NCBI GenBank assembly: GCA_040880745.1
Contig: JBBDHX010000030.1
Location: 7,494 to 71,493, forward strand
Source of the DNA: Actinomycetota bacterium
GTDB lineage: Bacteria; Actinomycetota; UBA4738; HRBIN12
Direction of reading: 5' to 3'
Length of the DNA: 64,000 nt
The position numbers and the translations under genes were made by a program. The notes under the pieces are model-generated. The model was not told the DNA's origin. It worked only from the letters and a program-made list of their open reading frames with translations, and did not search any database. This document shows, piece after piece, positions 56,371 through 64,000 of this stretch. The first letter of the stretch is position 1; every line of letters begins with the position of its first letter.

Positions 56371-57627
56371 ATGGAAGAGGTGCTCGGCGCCGATCTGCCC
56401 GCGGGAGCGCGGTTCGTCGAACCCGCTGCCGGCGCCGAGCCCGGGTGGCGTCCGGGGCGTGCCGTCCCGACGCCGGCCGATCTCGACACGTGTGTCGCAT
56501 GCGGGTTGTGCCTGCCGCACTGCCCCACCTACCGGCTGACCGGCGAGGAGTCCGCGTCACCGCGCGGGCGCATCGCCGCGATGCGGCTCGTGAGCCAGGG
56601 CGTGGCGAGCCCTGATCGCACGTTCGCGTCGTTCATGGACGCGTGCTTGGTGTGCCGGGCATGCGAGGACGTGTGTCCATCGCACGCGCCGTTCGGGCGG
56701 ATGATGGAGGCCGCGCGCGAGCAGATCGAGCCCACGCGCGGACCGGTCTCGCGGCTCCTGCGGTGGATCGGGTTCGCGTGGATCTTGCCGCATCCCTCGA
56801 TGCTCCGCGCTGCCGCCGCGGTGCAGCCGCTCGTCAGGCCGATCCTGCCCCGGAGCGTGCGCGACCTCCTCCCCGGCACCGGGCACCCGTTCGCGCGTCT
56901 GCCGCGCGTCACCGAACCGCCGTTCGGCGTGCGCGAACGCGGCACGGTGGCGCTCCTGGCCGGGTGCGCGCAGGACCGATGGTTCCACGAGGTGAACCTC
57001 GCGACGATCCGCGTGCTCGCGGCGACCGGGTGGCGCGTGGAGGTGCCGAGGCAGCAGGCGTGTTGCGGGGCGCTCGCCGCGCACAACGGACGGCTCCCGA
57101 TCGCCCGGCGTCTGGCGCGGCGAGCGAACCACGCGTTCCGTGGTGCCCAGCACGTGATCGTGAACGCCGCGGGGTGCTCGGCGCACATGACGGGGTTCGA
57201 GGACCTGCGCGAGGTCCCCGCCGTGGATCTGATGCGCTTCTTGGCTGAGCAGGGGCCGGGCGAAGCGACGTTCGGGCCCGTCGAGACGACGGTCGCCTAC
57301 CACGACGCGTGCCACGCCTCCCGCGCCCAGCAGATCCGCGCCGAGCCCCGCACGGTCCTCGGCTGGATCCCCGGCCTGCGGACCGTGGAGATCCGCGACG
57401 GCGACCGCTGCTGCGGCGCCGCCGGGATCTACAACGTGACCCAGCCGGAACTCTCCGGTGCGCTTCGGCGCGAGAAAGCCGCGGCCGTCGTATCGACCGC
57501 CGCGAGCGTCGTCGCGAGCGCCAACCCCGGGTGCACGATGCAGATCGCGGCCGGCCTCGCGGCGAAGGGCGCGGCCGTCGAGGTCCTGCACCCGGTCCAA
57601 CTGCTCGACCGCGCGCTCCCCGTCTGA
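56371..57627 (+). CDS. glcF: glycolate oxidase iron-sulfur subunit GlcF-like (Fe-S/CCG-domain protein)
   Basis: Two ferredoxin-type CxxCxxC(P) clusters (CVACGLCLPHCP; CLVCRACEDVCP) and C-terminal CCG cysteine-rich domains. Confidence 0.85.
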   Translation: MEEVLGADLPAGARFVEPAAGAEPGWRPGRAVPTPADLDTCVACGLCLPHCPTYRLTGEESASPRGRIAAMRLVSQGVASPDRTFASFMDACLVCRACEDVCPSHAPFGRMMEAAREQIEPTRGPVSRLLRWIGFAWILPHPSMLRAAAAVQPLVRPILPRSVRDLLPGTGHPFARLPRVTEPPFGVRERGTVALLAGCAQDRWFHEVNLATIRVLAATGWRVEVPRQQACCGALAAHNGRLPIARRLARRANHAFRGAQHVIVNAAGCSAHMTGFEDLREVPAVDLMRFLAEQGPGEATFGPVETTVAYHDACHASRAQQIRAEPRTVLGWIPGLRTVEIRDGDRCCGAAGIYNVTQPELSGALRREKAAAVVSTAASVVASANPGCTMQIAAGLAAKGAAVEVLHPVQLLDRALPV

Positions 57628-57679
57628 GCGGCGCGCTCAGCGCGCTTCGCGGAACCGAGCCGCGATCCGAAGTATCCCC

Positions 57680-59092
57680 TCAACGAGCGAGTCTGAACCG
57701 CTCCGCGATCCGTTGGATCTCCGAACCAGCTCGGTAGCCGCCGCCGCTCAGACGAACCATGAGGTCGGCCAACCCGCCGGTGGAGCCTGCGTCGCGCATC
57801 GCGGCATCGATGGCCCTGGCGCGTGCGGCCCCGGTCACGACACCGAGGTCCCTGGTGAAGGACGTCCGCCCGCGAACGCTCCGGCCACCGACCAGCGAGA
57901 TCCGCTCACCGGCGTCCTGGCCGGGGAGCACGACGACGGCGTTGGTGACTGCGCGCTGATACCCCCCCGACGGCTGGTTCACGACCCCCAACCCGGTGAC
58001 CCACATCGTGGCGCCTCCGCCCCCGTCCAGGTTGAGCGCGTCGACGGCGCCCAGGTTGCGCATGTAGAGGGCGAGCTGCCGCGGATTCATGCCGATGGAA
58101 TCGCTCCGGCGTCCGTCCACGACCACCAACAGGATGGAGCCGCGAGCCGTCACACCGATCGCGGTCCGCGGATGGCGCAGGCAGATGTAGCCGCCGCATA
58201 TCGTCGCGACCACCCTGCCGTCCTGCAGCAGGAGCGGATAGCCCCCGATCACGTCCACGACCTGCGGCGTGCCCTGGCTCCAGCGAACGCGGACACTGCC
58301 TCCGGAAGACAGCGACTTGATCCACGCGGAACCCGTCCCGTTGCGCCGCGAGGAGAGGATCACGTTCCCGCTGTACACGTTCATGCTGCTCCCACCACAC
58401 ACCCGCGCCTTCACGTCATAGCTCCGGTACACGCCATCAGAGCCCCGGTCGAGGTGGATCCTGCTCGAGGGCACCAGACGCACCGAGCATGCGTCCGTGG
58501 GCGGGGTCACGCTCGTCGCCCCGAAGGAGGTGTAGGCGCGGATCTGGCTGGACTTGGGCACGCCGACGTTCCACTTCGCGACGCGGACGCCGCCGGATGA
58601 GCCCGAGAGATCCGTCGCGCGGATCCGGACGGCCGCGTCGTTGGCGGCCCCACCCTGCTTGTCGTGGCGCACGCCGAAGGTCGACCCCTTGAACATGCCG
58701 CTCGTCATGAGCGAACCGTCGTCCGCGAAGGCGTGGGCAGGCTCCCCGAATCGGCCGCCGAAGTCACCGTTGATCGCCGCGATGGCGCCAACGGACTGCG
58801 CGATGACGGAGGTCTTCGCGTACGAACCCATCGTGTTCCCCGCCAGGACGGGATCCACGGTTGGGGTCGATTCGGGGGCGATCTTCACCACGAAGATCTC
58901 CCAGGGGCCGGCGGGATCCACGATCTTCTGGTAGACGACCCCCGGAGCGATGGTCCGCCTGGTGACGGATGCCCCTGACGGGATCGCCGCCTGCGTCCCC
59001 ACCGCTCCACCGAGCACCGTACCCGTCACCAACCCGGCGACCATCGCCGCCTTCAGCCCTCGTGTGCGCATCGTGCATACCCCCGGATCCAT
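57680..59092 (-). CDS. secreted phosphodiester glycosidase family protein (NAGPA/DUF2233-like)
   Basis: Signal peptide. GYPLLLQDGRVV and LNLDGGGG motifs. Confidence 0.7.
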   Translation of the reverse strand: MDPGVCTMRTRGLKAAMVAGLVTGTVLGGAVGTQAAIPSGASVTRRTIAPGVVYQKIVDPAGPWEIFVVKIAPESTPTVDPVLAGNTMGSYAKTSVIAQSVGAIAAINGDFGGRFGEPAHAFADDGSLMTSGMFKGSTFGVRHDKQGGAANDAAVRIRATDLSGSSGGVRVAKWNVGVPKSSQIRAYTSFGATSVTPPTDACSVRLVPSSRIHLDRGSDGVYRSYDVKARVCGGSSMNVYSGNVILSSRRNGTGSAWIKSLSSGGSVRVRWSQGTPQVVDVIGGYPLLLQDGRVVATICGGYICLRHPRTAIGVTARGSILLVVVDGRRSDSIGMNPRQLALYMRNLGAVDALNLDGGGGATMWVTGLGVVNQPSGGYQRAVTNAVVVLPGQDAGERISLVGGRSVRGRTSFTRDLGVVTGAARARAIDAAMRDAGSTGGLADLMVRLSGGGYRAGSEIQRIAERFRLAR

Positions 59093-59176
59093 CTCAGCCC
59101 GATACCCCCATGCGAGCTGGTCGATCCGGGGGGATCGGGGCGGGAACTGAAAGGTGTGCAGGATAACCCGAAGTGA

Positions 59177-59662
59177 CTACCAGCGGAAGTCCTGAGCGAG
59201 AAGTCCTTGGCGGCCCGTACAGACCGTCCCCGTCCCGTAGGTCACCTCACCTGCCTCGATATGCACGTAGAAGCAGGCGCCCGGGCGCGCCTGGACCGCC
59301 GCCGCCCACTCGGATACGCCGGCTGCCACGCTGACCTCGTCCAGGGCCCCGGAGGCCTCCTCAGGACCGACGAACCGCAGGTCAGGGACCACTTCGGCCA
59401 GACCAGCCGGGTCTGCGGCCGTGAACGCCCCCCCGCGCTCCTCGATGGCCTCCGCGGCCTGCTGGGCTTCGGTGAGCGAAGACTGGGCATGGGCGATCGA
59501 ATCCTTGATCCCCAGGTTCGCGAAGATCTCCACGAGCACGAATGCGCACGCCACCGCGAACGCGGCGAACACGATCCAGGCCTTCCGGCCGTGCGGTGGG
59601 CCGAGCGGAGCCGGGCCCATCTCGTGTTCGTAGGCCTCGAGGATCTCGTCGTCGTTGGCCAT
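59177..59662 (-). CDS. hypothetical single-pass membrane protein downstream of the VWA gene
   Basis: MANDDEILEAY... with TM WIVFAAFAVACAFVLVEIF. Start at the internal ATG of ORF 59177..59941. Confidence 0.45.
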   Translation of the reverse strand: MANDDEILEAYEHEMGPAPLGPPHGRKAWIVFAAFAVACAFVLVEIFANLGIKDSIAHAQSSLTEAQQAAEAIEERGGAFTAADPAGLAEVVPDLRFVGPEEASGALDEVSVAAGVSEWAAAVQARPGACFYVHIEAGEVTYGTGTVCTGRQGLLAQDFRW

Positions 59663-59673
59663 CGGCGTCCAGG

Positions 59674-60840
59674 CTACCCGCCGAGCACCTCGGCCAGATG
59701 TTCCAGGCTCTCGAGGTTGTGCCCCGACAGGAACGCGTCCACGCTCGGCAGCGCCGCTGCCATCCCGCGCGCGAGCGGTTCGTACCGTGGGGAGCCCTTG
59801 AGCGGGTTCGCCCAGATCACGCGATGGGCGAGGCGGCGCAACCGGGCCATCTGCGAACGGAGCAGGTCGGGATCCCCACGCTCGAGGCCGTCGGAGCAGA
59901 GGACCACGACCGCGCCGCGGAGCGCGGCCCGCTGGCTCCATCCGTCCAGCAGCGCCTTCAGCGACTCGCCGATCCGTGTGCCGCCCTCCCAGTCCTGGAC
60001 CAGGCGGCCGATCTCGTCCAGCGCACGATCGGGGTCCTTCGTGCGCAGGACGCGGGTCACGCGCGAGAGCCGGGTGGCGAAGCAGAAGACCTCCACACGG
60101 CGGCCCGCGAGCATGGCGGCGTAGCCGAACTGCAACAGCGCCCGCGAGTACGGCGCCATCGATCCGCTGATGTCCAGGATGAGGACCAGCGGCCGGCGGC
60201 GGATCCGACGCGCGCGCCAGGCCCGGTCGAACGGCTCACCTTGGGTGCGGAGCGAGCGCCGCAACGTCCGCCGGATGTCGAACGTCGTTCCCTTGGGCGC
60301 GGGACGGGTCCGGCGCACGCGTTCGTGCGGGACCGCGATGGTGAGGTTGCGGATCAAGGCCGCCATCCGCGCTCGTTCGTCGTCGTCCAGGTGCGCGAAC
60401 GATTTCTGCCGGAGCACCTCCACGGCGCTCGCCACGATCCGGATGGCCGACTCGTCCTCGCCCTCCTCCGGCTCCTCGTCCCCGGCCCCACGCCACGAGG
60501 ACGCGGTCTGCCCCGTGTGGATGTCCATGCCCTCGGGAACCTCATCCCAGTCGGGCATCACCCCTGCCGGCAGGTCGAGTTCGATCGAGAGTTCCGGCTC
60601 TCCGGGGATCTCGGCGAGCGATCGGTACCAGGCCTCGAAGGCCTCATCGAACGCGTCGAGGTCGGGACGGCTGGCGACGAGCGTGGTTCGCCCCGCCCAG
60701 TAGAGCGAGTCCCTGTCGGTGAGCCCGAGCGCGGCCACCGCGCGGCAGAAGGTGAGGATGCGGCCCGTGCCTACGGGCAACCCGCGCTCGCGAAGGTCAC
60801 GGCCGAACGCGACGAGCGGCGGGAGCGGCCCCTCAGCCAT
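59674..60840 (-). CDS. VWA domain protein (CoxE-like)
   Basis: MIDAS motif LILDISGSM. Overlaps the upstream MoxR gene by 8 nt. Confidence 0.8.
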   Translation of the reverse strand: MAEGPLPPLVAFGRDLRERGLPVGTGRILTFCRAVAALGLTDRDSLYWAGRTTLVASRPDLDAFDEAFEAWYRSLAEIPGEPELSIELDLPAGVMPDWDEVPEGMDIHTGQTASSWRGAGDEEPEEGEDESAIRIVASAVEVLRQKSFAHLDDDERARMAALIRNLTIAVPHERVRRTRPAPKGTTFDIRRTLRRSLRTQGEPFDRAWRARRIRRRPLVLILDISGSMAPYSRALLQFGYAAMLAGRRVEVFCFATRLSRVTRVLRTKDPDRALDEIGRLVQDWEGGTRIGESLKALLDGWSQRAALRGAVVVLCSDGLERGDPDLLRSQMARLRRLAHRVIWANPLKGSPRYEPLARGMAAALPSVDAFLSGHNLESLEHLAEVLGG

Positions 60841-61708
60841 CGCGGCGCTCGCCGACGAGGTCGGCGAGGTGCCCGGTGACGAGGCGCTGGTCCTCGTGGT
60901 CCTTCACGACCGCGCCGAGGGTGTCGGCGGCGAGCGAGGCGTCCAACCGCTCGGCGCCCAGGAACGCCAGGGCGTTGGCCCAGTCGATGGTCTCGGCGAC
61001 GCCGGGGAACTTCGCCAGGTCCATCTCGCGCAGCCGCTCGACCGCGGCGGCGACGTCGCGAGCCAGGACCTCGCTCACGTGCGGGGCGCGCGTGCGCACG
61101 ATGGCCACCTCGCGCTCCAGGTCCGGGTGCTCGATCCAGTGGTACAGACAGCGGCGCTTGAGCGCGTCGTGCAGCTCGCGCGTGCGGTTCGAGGTCACGA
61201 CCACGGCGGGCGGCGTGGCCGCGGCGACCTGGCCGATCTCAGGGATGGTCACCGCGAACTCCGAGAGGATCTCCAGCAAGAACGCCTCGAACTCGTCGTC
61301 GGCGCGGTCCAACTCGTCCACGAGCAGGACGCAGCCGTCGCCCTGGCGGATCGCGGCCAGGAGCGGGCGCTCCACCAGGAACTCGGGGCCGAACAGGTCC
61401 TCGACGTGCTTCTCGGCCTCGGTGGCATCCATGGCGCGGACCGCGATGAGCTGGCGCGAGTAGTTCCATTCGTAGAGCGCCTGCGAAGCGTCGATCCCCT
61501 CGTAGCACTGCAGGCGGATGAGGCGGCGGCCGAGCAGCGTCGCGAGGGTCTTGGCCACCTCGGTCTTGCCGACGCCGGCCTCGCCTTCCAGGAGCAGCGG
61601 CTTGTTCAAGGAGAGCGAGAGGTGGATGGCGGTGGCGAGGCCCCGGTCGGCCAGGTAGGCGTGGGAAGCCAGCGCATCTTGCAGCTCATCGACCGTCGCG
61701 AAGGTCAT
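60833..61708 (-). CDS. MoxR-like AAA+ ATPase (CoxD-like)
   Basis: Walker A GEAGVGKT and Walker B LLVDELDRA. Confidence 0.9.
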   Translation of the reverse strand: MTFATVDELQDALASHAYLADRGLATAIHLSLSLNKPLLLEGEAGVGKTEVAKTLATLLGRRLIRLQCYEGIDASQALYEWNYSRQLIAVRAMDATEAEKHVEDLFGPEFLVERPLLAAIRQGDGCVLLVDELDRADDEFEAFLLEILSEFAVTIPEIGQVAAATPPAVVVTSNRTRELHDALKRRCLYHWIEHPDLEREVAIVRTRAPHVSEVLARDVAAAVERLREMDLAKFPGVAETIDWANALAFLGAERLDASLAADTLGAVVKDHEDQRLVTGHLADLVGERRDG

Positions 61709-62538
61709 GTCGGCAGCCTACCGGGCGGGATACGGATGCCTCGTTCGGTGATGCGTTGGGAGATCCGGCCGCGGAGCTCCCGCTCGGTGTCGACGCGATG
61801 GTTCGGCGCGGTCTCGGCGACGACGCGGATCACCTGAGCGAGGTCGGTCAGCTGGGTCACGCCGAGGACCTTCGGCGGCTCGCGGAGCCACTCGCCCAGC
61901 GGAGGTGCCGAGCGGATCTGTTCGAGGACCTCTTCGAGCACGTCCTTCACGCGGTCGGGGTCTTCGTCGAGCGCGACGCGGATGTCGACGATGGCGCGAC
62001 CCCATCCGCGGGTGCGGTTCGAGGTCACGTGGATACCACCGTTGGGCACGATCGAGACGGTGCCGTCGTACTGACGGACCGTTGTGATGCGCAGCGTGAG
62101 CCCTTCGATGGTGCCGGTCACGAGCCCACCCTCGGTCTGCAACTCGACGAAGTCGCCGACGTCGAACTGCCCTTCGAGGGCGATGAACAGACCCGCGAGG
62201 GTGTCGCGCACGATGGTCTGCGCGCCGAACCCGAGCGCGACGCCGAGCACGCCGGCGCTCGCGACGAGCGGGCCGAGCGGCACGCCGGCGGCGGCGAGCA
62301 CGACGGCGATCACGACGAACCACGACGCCGCTTGGACGGTGGTGGCGATGAGGCTCGCGACCGTTGCCCTGCGTTGGCGGCGCCCGATCTCCGCTTCGTC
62401 ACCGGTTCGCTGTTTCGCCTTGTCGCGGAGGCGATGGGCCCAGCGCCGGCCGAGCAGCGTGATCGCGAGCGCCGCCGCGACCGAGACGCCTGCGGCGATC
62501 CCGACCGTCGCCCAGTCCACTATGCCAAGGAGGGTCAT
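61705..62538 (-). CDS. small-conductance mechanosensitive channel (MscS family)
   Basis: TM3 pore helix region GFGAQTIVRDTLAGLFIALEGQFDVGDFV and beta-domain. Confidence 0.85.
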   Translation of the reverse strand: MTLLGIVDWATVGIAAGVSVAAALAITLLGRRWAHRLRDKAKQRTGDEAEIGRRQRRATVASLIATTVQAASWFVVIAVVLAAAGVPLGPLVASAGVLGVALGFGAQTIVRDTLAGLFIALEGQFDVGDFVELQTEGGLVTGTIEGLTLRITTVRQYDGTVSIVPNGGIHVTSNRTRGWGRAIVDIRVALDEDPDRVKDVLEEVLEQIRSAPPLGEWLREPPKVLGVTQLTDLAQVIRVVAETAPNHRVDTERELRGRISQRITERGIRIPPGRLPT

Positions 62539-62672
62539 CGCCCCGAACCGTAACAGTTGGGTTCGTCACGATCCTGACGACTGCGACCTACGTGTTCATC
62601 GTGAGGATCATGACGATCGGACGGGACGGGGAGGACCCGCATGACGCCAACCCCACTGACGATCGCGGAGCC

Positions 62673-63392
62673 CTATCGCGACTCCAGAACCACGGCGTAC
62701 TCGGGGCCGGGCCCGGCGATCACCTCACGCACCGCCCAGCCAGCGTCCGCGGTGATCGACCTCACCTCATCGAGCGACAGGAAGAGGTAGTCGAACCACG
62801 GCGTCGCCTGATGCTTGTAGCGCACGCGGAGTCGGACCTGCCCACTCATCCGGCCGCGCGCTCGGTTGCGGGAGTGGTAGGCAAGGTGGAGCGGATCGTC
62901 GGTGGCGTACGGATCGCGGTTCGACGCGACGACGCACCCGCCCGGCGTCAACACACCCCTGAGCCGTCGCAGGATCCACACCGCTCGCCGCCGATCGGCC
63001 AGGAGGCCAAGGTTGTTCCCGAAGAGCGCCACCGAGTCGAACGGCCCTATCCGGCTGATCTGCGTGACGGACCGCAACTCCACATCGCGGACACCACGCT
63101 CACGGCACACCTGGAGCACCCCGGGCGATACATCGATCGCGACGACCTCCTGGCCGCGCTCCTGCAGAGCCAGCGCGACACGACCCCCGCCGCATCCAAC
63201 ATCGAGAACGCGGCCGCGGAGCGCCTGGAATGCTTCACGCTCGATCGGCGACCACGCGCGGCGGTGAGCGAGGTAGCGGGCCGTGTCCTCCGGTTCGACG
63301 TAGCCGTCGTCCCGCTCGATGACGTCGTTGGCCGAAGGGTCACCGTGCAGGCGGTCGAGCAGGGCCCGCCCCAACGCGTCCTGCTCGGGCGA
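62673..63392 (-). CDS. class I SAM-dependent methyltransferase (start uncertain)
   Basis: Motif I VLDVGCGGGRVAL. The upstream part of ORF 62673..63692 is the alternate frame of coxM and is not coding. Confidence 0.65.
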   Translation of the reverse strand, partial: SPEQDALGRALLDRLHGDPSANDVIERDDGYVEPEDTARYLAHRRAWSPIEREAFQALRGRVLDVGCGGGRVALALQERGQEVVAIDVSPGVLQVCRERGVRDVELRSVTQISRIGPFDSVALFGNNLGLLADRRRAVWILRRLRGVLTPGGCVVASNRDPYATDDPLHLAYHSRNRARGRMSGQVRLRVRYKHQATPWFDYLFLSLDEVRSITADAGWAVREVIAGPGPEYAVVLESR

Positions 63393-63403
63393 GAGACCTC
63401 CGC

Positions 63404-64000
63404 TCAGGCCATCGCCTCTTCCAACGCTCGTTTCACCAGCACCTTCACCAGATGACGCCGGTACTCGGCCGAACCGAAGGCGTCGGAGGGCGGCGCCGTG
63501 CCTTCGTCGGCACGCTCCGCAGCCGTCGCCGGGTCGGCTCCCCCGCCCACCGCTTCCTCCACCGCGCTCGCCCGCAGCGGTGTCAGACCCATGTTCGTGA
63601 GCCCCACATGCACGCCGCCGTTCGAGCGCACCGCGGCAACCCCCACCATCGCCCAGTCCTGCGCGCGGCGGTTGAACTTCAGGTAGGACCACCCCGCGGT
63701 GGTCTTCGGGATGCGGATCTCGGTCAGTACCTCGTCGGGTGCGAGCGCCGTCTCCAGGAAAGAACGGAAGAAGTCGCCGGCCGCCACCTCACGAGAGCCG
63801 GCCGGACCCTGCGCCACGAACGTCGCCTCGAGCGCCAGGAGCACCGTCGGCATGTCCGCCGCGGGGTCACCGTGCGCCACCGACCCGCCGATCGTCCCCA
63901 TGTGCCGCACCGCCGGGTCGCCGACCTGTTCGGCCGTGTACGCCATGATCGGACACGACGCCTGCAACAACGCCGACCCGGCCACGTCGTGGTGACGCGT
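63404..64000 (-). CDS. carbon monoxide dehydrogenase medium (FAD-binding) subunit CoxM-like; N-terminal part lies beyond the window
   Basis: CO-dehydrogenase flavoprotein C-terminal domain (AYLKFNRRAQDWAMVGVA...). Confidence 0.75.
   Translation of the reverse strand, partial: TRHHDVAGSALLQASCPIMAYTAEQVGDPAVRHMGTIGGSVAHGDPAADMPTVLLALEATFVAQGPAGSREVAAGDFFRSFLETALAPDEVLTEIRIPKTTAGWSYLKFNRRAQDWAMVGVAAVRSNGGVHVGLTNMGLTPLRASAVEEAVGGGADPATAAERADEGTAPPSDAFGSAEYRRHLVKVLVKRALEEAMA

Overview
High-GC (about 70%) actinobacterial chromosomal window, gene-dense, with almost no plausible ORFs left unexplained. Its backbone is a conserved housekeeping syntenic block, and the gene order matches the mycobacterial Rv1002c-Rv1026 neighbourhood. 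From high to low coordinates, mostly on the minus strand, the order is rsmA(ksgA)-ispE-tRNA-Gln, then glmU-prs, then rplY-pth, then mfd, a SurA-like lipoprotein, mazG, eno, ftsB and DUF501/ppx. The right third of the window holds more housekeeping and metabolic genes: tatD, metG, rsmI, a PMT mannosyltransferase, a CocE/NonD hydrolase, glcD-glcE with glcF displaced, a VapBC pair, MoxR/VWA CO-dehydrogenase accessory genes and a truncated coxM. Three lineage-specific insertions interrupt the conserved block. (1) Between pth and mfd lies a tandem array of four strongly conserved microprotein genes of 30-41 aa. They fall into two paralog types arranged as a duplicated two-gene cassette, each with a strong RBS and a single TM helix ending in a GA(G/R)WKP motif. 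The array sits directly upstream of a DUF5317-like membrane protein and a membrane-anchored GGDEF-EAL protein, and is the best candidate for an undescribed system. (2) Between glmU and tRNA-Gln is an integrase-less island of about 8.2 kb whose far end is marked by a direct repeat of the tRNA 3-prime end. Four further copies of the same roughly 160-nt structured repeat subdivide it into cassettes. The cargo is hipBA, a lipoprotein, a GNAT, a VOC enzyme and two ECF sigma/anti-sigma pairs. (3) Between prs and rplY sits another ECF sigma/anti-sigma pair. In addition, a partial duplication of an aminotransferase 5-prime end flanks a 1.4-kb insert that encodes two convergent secreted, C-terminally anchored proteins, with an orphan RHH gene beside it. 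Numerous long ORFs in the six-frame track are antisense or GC-frame artefacts and are not reported as genes.
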